DNA from: a virus
Taxonomy: Duplodnaviria > Caudoviricetes
DNA: 64,000 bases
Reading direction: 5' to 3' (one strand)
Virus record (IMG/VR): IMGVR_UViG_3300026035_000001
Location: 1,634-65,633 of that record
The translations under genes and the position numbers were made by a program. Of this stretch, positions 59,771 to 64,000 are shown in pieces (within the stretch, counting starts at the first letter, position 1; every line of letters begins with the position of its first letter). The notes under the pieces are model-generated. The model saw only the letters and a list, made by a program, of their open reading frames with translations. It searched no databases and had not been told where the DNA came from.

Positions 59771-60693
59771 TGTCCCGACGCAAATTATTGCTGATCTCGG
59801 CGCTCTGCCTTTCGCTCCTCGGCATCATCGGCCAAGCGATCAACGTATCGGCCAATCCTGGAGCAACCCAGCAGCCGATGATGGTCGGAGGCTCGACGCC
59901 TCTGGCATGCACCGGTGGCACGCACACTACGGTCGGCGGCCATGAGATTTACACGTTCACATCCTCCGCCACGTTGAATTGCTCTGGCTCTGGAATTGTA
60001 ACCTATCTTCTGGTTGCCGGCGGTGGGGCTGGAGGGTCGGCAACGGCCCTGGCAAATGGCGGCGGAGGGGCCGGAGAATACCGAGAGCACACAACTTTCC
60101 CGCTTAGCGCCGGTTCATATCCAATCGTGATTGGCGCCGGAGGCATTCCGAATAATGCCGCGGCCAATGGCGGAACTTCTTCCGCTTTCGGGTTCAATTG
60201 CACGGGCGGAGGAGTGGGCGCGGGTGCGCTTGCTGGCAATGGAGCAAATAACGGCACGGGTACGGCCGGCGGCTCTGGTGGTGGCGCTGGAAACGGCATC
60301 ACGACGCAAGCGGGAGGAGCCGCGGGGGCGACGTGTGCCGGCCTTGCCAATGCGGGCGGCAGCAGCACGGCAGCGAATCGCGGCGCCGGAGGCGGCGGTA
60401 GCGGCGGGGCTGGCGTCAACAGCCCGGATGCCAACAATGGCGGCACCGGCGGCATTGGTACGTCGAGCTCTGCATCGGGGTCTGCTGTCACGTATGCGTG
60501 CGGCGGCGGCGGATCGAGCGCATCAGCGGGATCGGTCAAAGCTGGAGGCTGCGCATCGGCCGGCTCTGGCGGTATTCAGGGCGGTGCCGGTCCTACTGCG
60601 GCAGCGGCGAATAGCGGCTCTGGCGGCGGCGGCGGGTTTGCTGGAACCGGCGGGGCCGGAGGCTCTGGGATTTTCATCCTCAGTATCAACTAA
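59770..60693 (+). CDS. glycine-rich domain protein with signal-like N-terminus
   Basis: HEIYTFTSS..YLLVAGGGAGG...GGAGGSGIFIL; MSRRKLLLISALCLSLLGII. Confidence 0.8.
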   Translation: MSRRKLLLISALCLSLLGIIGQAINVSANPGATQQPMMVGGSTPLACTGGTHTTVGGHEIYTFTSSATLNCSGSGIVTYLLVAGGGAGGSATALANGGGGAGEYREHTTFPLSAGSYPIVIGAGGIPNNAAANGGTSSAFGFNCTGGGVGAGALAGNGANNGTGTAGGSGGGAGNGITTQAGGAAGATCAGLANAGGSSTAANRGAGGGGSGGAGVNSPDANNGGTGGIGTSSSASGSAVTYACGGGGSSASAGSVKAGGCASAGSGGIQGGAGPTAAAANSGSGGGGGFAGTGGAGGSGIFILSIN

Positions 60694-60711
60694 AAAAGGA
60701 AGGACTAAACC

Positions 60712-62220
60712 GTGAGATTTTTGGGGCATTTTCTATTCGCAGCAATCGCTTTACTTTCCTCGCCACTCTGCGCGCAGTCCGTTACGTGGACTCAGATGCC
60801 GGACAATCCGATCCCGTGCTGCGACGGCATGGCCGGAGTGATCTCGCCAGCGAACGGCGACATTCTGTCGATTGACCGATGGGACGCCACAGGACCAGCC
60901 GGGAGCTCTACCCATAGCGAGACGTGGCGATCATCGGACCGGGGGCAGACCTGGACGTTGAGCAACGTCACGAAGTCTTACCAGGGTTGCCACTCCACTC
61001 CGGTCGTGCCGTTCAACGGGCGGCTTTATCAGATCGGCTGCGATGGCGTTGGAGGGACTTCCGGCACCCCTGGCTATGACAACCGGGTCAAATCATGGGA
61101 TGGTGCCGAATACCCGACATCCACGGGCTGGCGCGTCGATGCCACCTTGGCTTCCCTCAACCGGGTAGGGCACTTCGGGTTTGCGCTTGGCGGTCAACTC
61201 TGTTTTGGCGGTGGCCAGACTTTTACCTGGATTTCGAGCACTCCGGCCCCGACCAAGGTGTTAACTGACCTGATCTGCTCCCCCGACGGGACAACGTGGA
61301 CCCAGGTTACCGACACGCTTCCGGCAGGCATACACGGGTTCATCTCCTCCGCTTCTCTCCCGATCATCGGAAGCGAAGCCATCGCATGGAGCGGCGGTAT
61401 CTATGCGACCGCTGATATCCCAAATCGCCTTTACAACGGGATGCAGAGCATCGTTGCTATTGGAGGGCCTCCGACCTTCACGGTTCGGCTGCTTAGCGGC
61501 TACAACGCGATGCCTCCGCTGTTCTACAATTCGACTGCGGTCATGCCTCTGGCGAGCTCGCCAAGCGGGCAAATCCTGCTGACTCTTGCCGGGCACAACG
61601 GCAACAATCTGCAATCCGTGTGGGCATCCTTCGACGGTGGCAGAACGGTCTCGCAGCTTACCAACTTCCCCGGAACCCCTATGCATGCGGCGTCGGTAGC
61701 TGTCGTCGGAAATGAGATGGTCACGTGGGGTGGGACCAAGGTTACGCCGAACTCCAAGACGTGGCATCTGAACGACAGTGCCAGTATCCACCTTGGTGCC
61801 CCGGCAAACGGAACAACGAACCTCGGAAGCGTCTACACCATCTGCGACCGCACGAACGCCTTGACGCCGGGCAAGGCCGTGAAGTGGCTCCGCCTCTATA
61901 TGAATGGATCGCATGCGGTGCGGCCAAAGATCGCCCGCGAGAACCCGACGAATTACGATTTCGTCTTCAACGGGACGTCGGCACAGCACCCTGGAGGAGG
62001 ATATGCGGATTTTTCCGGCGGCAACTACGTTGTTCCTAGCGATGGATTCAATTACCGGGTGTGCTTCGCGATGTCATTCACGCCGGGTGTCCCTGATGCT
62101 TTCTCGTTCGGCGGAAGCGCCGCGCGCTCCCAGGCAGCTGGCGATCTTTCCGGAAGCTCAGTCACGCTGACAGCGATGCCGGATGCCGCGACGATCCCGG
62201 TCGGGTGGACGGAAAATTGA
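60712..62220 (+). CDS. Kelch/BNR-like beta-propeller receptor-binding protein with signal peptide
   Basis: MRFLGHFLFAAIALLSSPLCA|Q; WRSSDRGQTW, SPDGTTW, SFDGGRT, LYQIG, GGQ repeats. Confidence 0.75.
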   Translation: MRFLGHFLFAAIALLSSPLCAQSVTWTQMPDNPIPCCDGMAGVISPANGDILSIDRWDATGPAGSSTHSETWRSSDRGQTWTLSNVTKSYQGCHSTPVVPFNGRLYQIGCDGVGGTSGTPGYDNRVKSWDGAEYPTSTGWRVDATLASLNRVGHFGFALGGQLCFGGGQTFTWISSTPAPTKVLTDLICSPDGTTWTQVTDTLPAGIHGFISSASLPIIGSEAIAWSGGIYATADIPNRLYNGMQSIVAIGGPPTFTVRLLSGYNAMPPLFYNSTAVMPLASSPSGQILLTLAGHNGNNLQSVWASFDGGRTVSQLTNFPGTPMHAASVAVVGNEMVTWGGTKVTPNSKTWHLNDSASIHLGAPANGTTNLGSVYTICDRTNALTPGKAVKWLRLYMNGSHAVRPKIARENPTNYDFVFNGTSAQHPGGGYADFSGGNYVVPSDGFNYRVCFAMSFTPGVPDAFSFGGSAARSQAAGDLSGSSVTLTAMPDAATIPVGWTEN

Positions 62221-62280
62221 CGAAATGATGTCGACGGGATGGGCCTAATGCTGTATTCCGATTCGCTACAGGAGATGCAT

Positions 62281-62733
62281 ATGGCCGATCTCGCAACCGA
62301 CACGACGAACAAGGCAAACGCCGCAGCACGATACGTCGGTTCTAATTTCTCCGGCGCATTGATGTTGATGGCGGTGCTGGCCGGTCTGCCGCCTGACAAG
62401 GCGCAATCGGTTCTGACCAGCCTGCATGCGATTTACGCGGCGCTCCAGGACATGATCGGGGCGTTCTCCAATATCTGGTACATCGTCTTTCCGGTGATCT
62501 CGGCATATCTGCTGAAGGTCGGCGTCAACTCATCCGGGTTTGGCGTCATGATGGACAAGATTTTGACCGCGGCGAAGGCTGGCAACATCGATGCGGCCAA
62601 GTCGATCGTGACGGCCGCGGCCTCTCCCGAGATCGGGACAAAGGGCGTGATCAACCCGGTTTTGGCGCCGGACCCATCAACACCGTCAAACGTCGTCGCG
62701 AGCGCGTCAGACTTGCCAGCCCAAGCAAAATAG
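62281..62733 (+). CDS. membrane-associated protein (holin-like)
   Basis: AGGAG SD; two hydrophobic segments. Confidence 0.6.
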   Translation: MADLATDTTNKANAAARYVGSNFSGALMLMAVLAGLPPDKAQSVLTSLHAIYAALQDMIGAFSNIWYIVFPVISAYLLKVGVNSSGFGVMMDKILTAAKAGNIDAAKSIVTAAASPEIGTKGVINPVLAPDPSTPSNVVASASDLPAQAK

Positions 62734-62743
62734 GAAAAGGGAA

Positions 62744-63157
62744 ATGAGGAAGGCACTTGTCATCGTTGCAGCATTGCTCTCGCTTTCGAGCGTATCCTGC
62801 ACCCCGGCCGAGATGGAGAGATTCCAGACGGTTGAGAAAGTAGCGGTCGCCGTGATCTCTGCCAAGGTTCCGGCGGAGGCAGTTCTGGTCGCCGTGAACT
62901 CCTTCGATATCATCCGCGAGGGTGCGACCGGATATCTGGTCTATTGCAAGACCCACCTTTCCCAGCCGGTGTGCAGCCGCGGCAATCGGCGCCTCGTGAT
63001 CCGGTATGGAAGGCAGGGCACGGTGGCACGCAATAGGCTGGAGGACGCGATCTCCGAGGGCCAGCCGGCGGGGCCAAGGGATTTGTATGACGCCTTGATC
63101 TCGGCGACGTCTTCCCTCAAATCATCACCGGCGCAACAGTTCGTAGGAGCGAAATAG
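62744..63157 (+). CDS. lipoprotein (spanin-like)
   Basis: MRKALVIVAALLSLSSVS|C lipobox. Confidence 0.65.
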   Translation: MRKALVIVAALLSLSSVSCTPAEMERFQTVEKVAVAVISAKVPAEAVLVAVNSFDIIREGATGYLVYCKTHLSQPVCSRGNRRLVIRYGRQGTVARNRLEDAISEGQPAGPRDLYDALISATSSLKSSPAQQFVGAK

Positions 63158-63159
63158 CC

Positions 63160-63480
63160 ATGGACGCACTTGCCATCATCACAACGGTGCTCGGCCTGAT
63201 CGAGCAGGTTTTGCCAATCGTCGGCGGCATTGCGGGATCGAGCGGACCGGTCGGGGCTGTCATCGCCACGCTGATCAAGTTTGAGCCGCTGATCGTGCAG
63301 GCGATCAGTTCGGCGCCGTCGGTCTATGCCAACGTGAAGAACATCATCATCGCTCTGAAATCGGACCCGAGCACGATCCCGGCGCAACTCAAAGAGCTCC
63401 GGGCTTTGGAGGTGCGCATGGACGCGGCGTTCGACGCGGCAGCTGCCGACGTCGACCCGGATGCTCCTGGCGCTTCCTAA
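63160..63480 (+). CDS. amphipathic hypothetical protein
   Basis: GGAG SD; 106 aa. Confidence 0.7.
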   Translation: MDALAIITTVLGLIEQVLPIVGGIAGSSGPVGAVIATLIKFEPLIVQAISSAPSVYANVKNIIIALKSDPSTIPAQLKELRALEVRMDAAFDAAAADVDPDAPGAS

Positions 63481-63501
63481 ACCGTAGGGAAAGAGGAATG
63501 G

Positions 63502-63714
63502 ATGCCTCCCGAGCTCTTAGAGATGATCAAGGCGGGAGGCGCCGCGCTCGCGCCGATCTTCGGTATACTGTGGTGGATGGAGCGGCAGCGAGCGCAATCC
63601 CTCCAAGACAAATTAGACCATATGACCGAGAGGGTCATCGTGGCCATGACAGAGACAAAGACGTCTCTGCAAGCGTTCTCCGATTTGTTGCTTTCGCCGC
63701 GGAGAAAGCCATGA
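63502..63714 (+). CDS. TM plus coiled-coil protein (holin-like)
   Basis: AGGAALAPIFGILWWMER then helix; GAGGA SD. Confidence 0.6.
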   Translation: MPPELLEMIKAGGAALAPIFGILWWMERQRAQSLQDKLDHMTERVIVAMTETKTSLQAFSDLLLSPRRKP

Positions 63715-63923
63715 AATTTATCGACTGGATTTTTCGGCGCCGAGGCCACGAGCGCTATGAGGAGGCCGAAAAAAAGACAGAGGAGGCCACGGCATCTGCG
63801 CGTGAGTTGAGCACGAAACTCGGGCACTACAGGAACCAGCTTGACCCGTTCCAGGCATTGATGATCGACATCCACAACCGGCGGAATGAGGTTCTTTATC
63901 CTGGCCGCAACAACGGGAAGTGA
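63711..63923 (+). CDS. hypothetical protein
   Basis: GGAG SD, ATGA coupling. Confidence 0.6.
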   Translation: MKFIDWIFRRRGHERYEEAEKKTEEATASARELSTKLGHYRNQLDPFQALMIDIHNRRNEVLYPGRNNGK

Positions 63924-63924
63924 G

Positions 63925-64000
63925 ATGACAACAACAAATCATATCCTTGAACTTGCGAATAATCTTGTGACGCTGAACCGCGCCGCGCTGGTGATCTACC
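63925..64000 (+). CDS. partial CDS, truncated by window end
   Basis: MTTTNHILELANNLVTLNRAALVIY... Confidence 0.45.
   Translation, partial: MTTTNHILELANNLVTLNRAALVIY

Noticed and set aside
1-64000. Genome-wide amber recoding (code 15)
   Set aside because: Core genes are intact in code 11, and the TAG-ending genes I checked do not read through in frame into the next gene.
1-64000. Prophage boundaries, att sites or host genes
   Set aside because: No integrase or housekeeping flank is visible; both ends fall inside phage features.

Overview
The window is most of a GC-rich dsDNA tailed-phage genome; both ends are truncated (it starts inside a tRNA and ends inside a gene). It is podovirus-like: P22-type portal, N4-gp56-type major capsid, adaptor/nozzle and ejection proteins, no tape measure. 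The host is probably alphaproteobacterial (Hyphomicrobiales-like), inferred from a tRNA-His with G1.U72/A73 and no G-1, a GapR-like gene and an EcfG-like sigma region 4. Layout: (1) 1-3476, an array of 29 anticodon-bearing tRNAs for 18 amino acids, many with irregular cloverleaves, plus 4-5 tRNA-like or structured RNAs and two embedded ORFs. (2) 3485-12140, a leftward recombination/early operon (DUF5131, DEDDh exonuclease, YqaJ, ERF). (3) A divergent promoter pair, then Cro-like, GapR/RMF-like, RuvC-like, MT-A70, DnaB, an initiator with iterons, DUF932 and an N6-MTase. (4) An accessory operon with a J-domain pseudokinase / vWA / TM peptide / PurA-like module, a PAPS-reductase-like gene and an Acb2/Tad1-like gene. 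(5) A promoter-driven ~370-nt structured RNA containing a tRNA-like domain with a possible CUA anticodon. (6) Packaging, head, tail, ejection and lysis genes, at least 8 of which encode Sec-type signal peptides. No integrase, CI repressor or CRISPR array is visible. All folds and family calls were made by eye; no searches were run.
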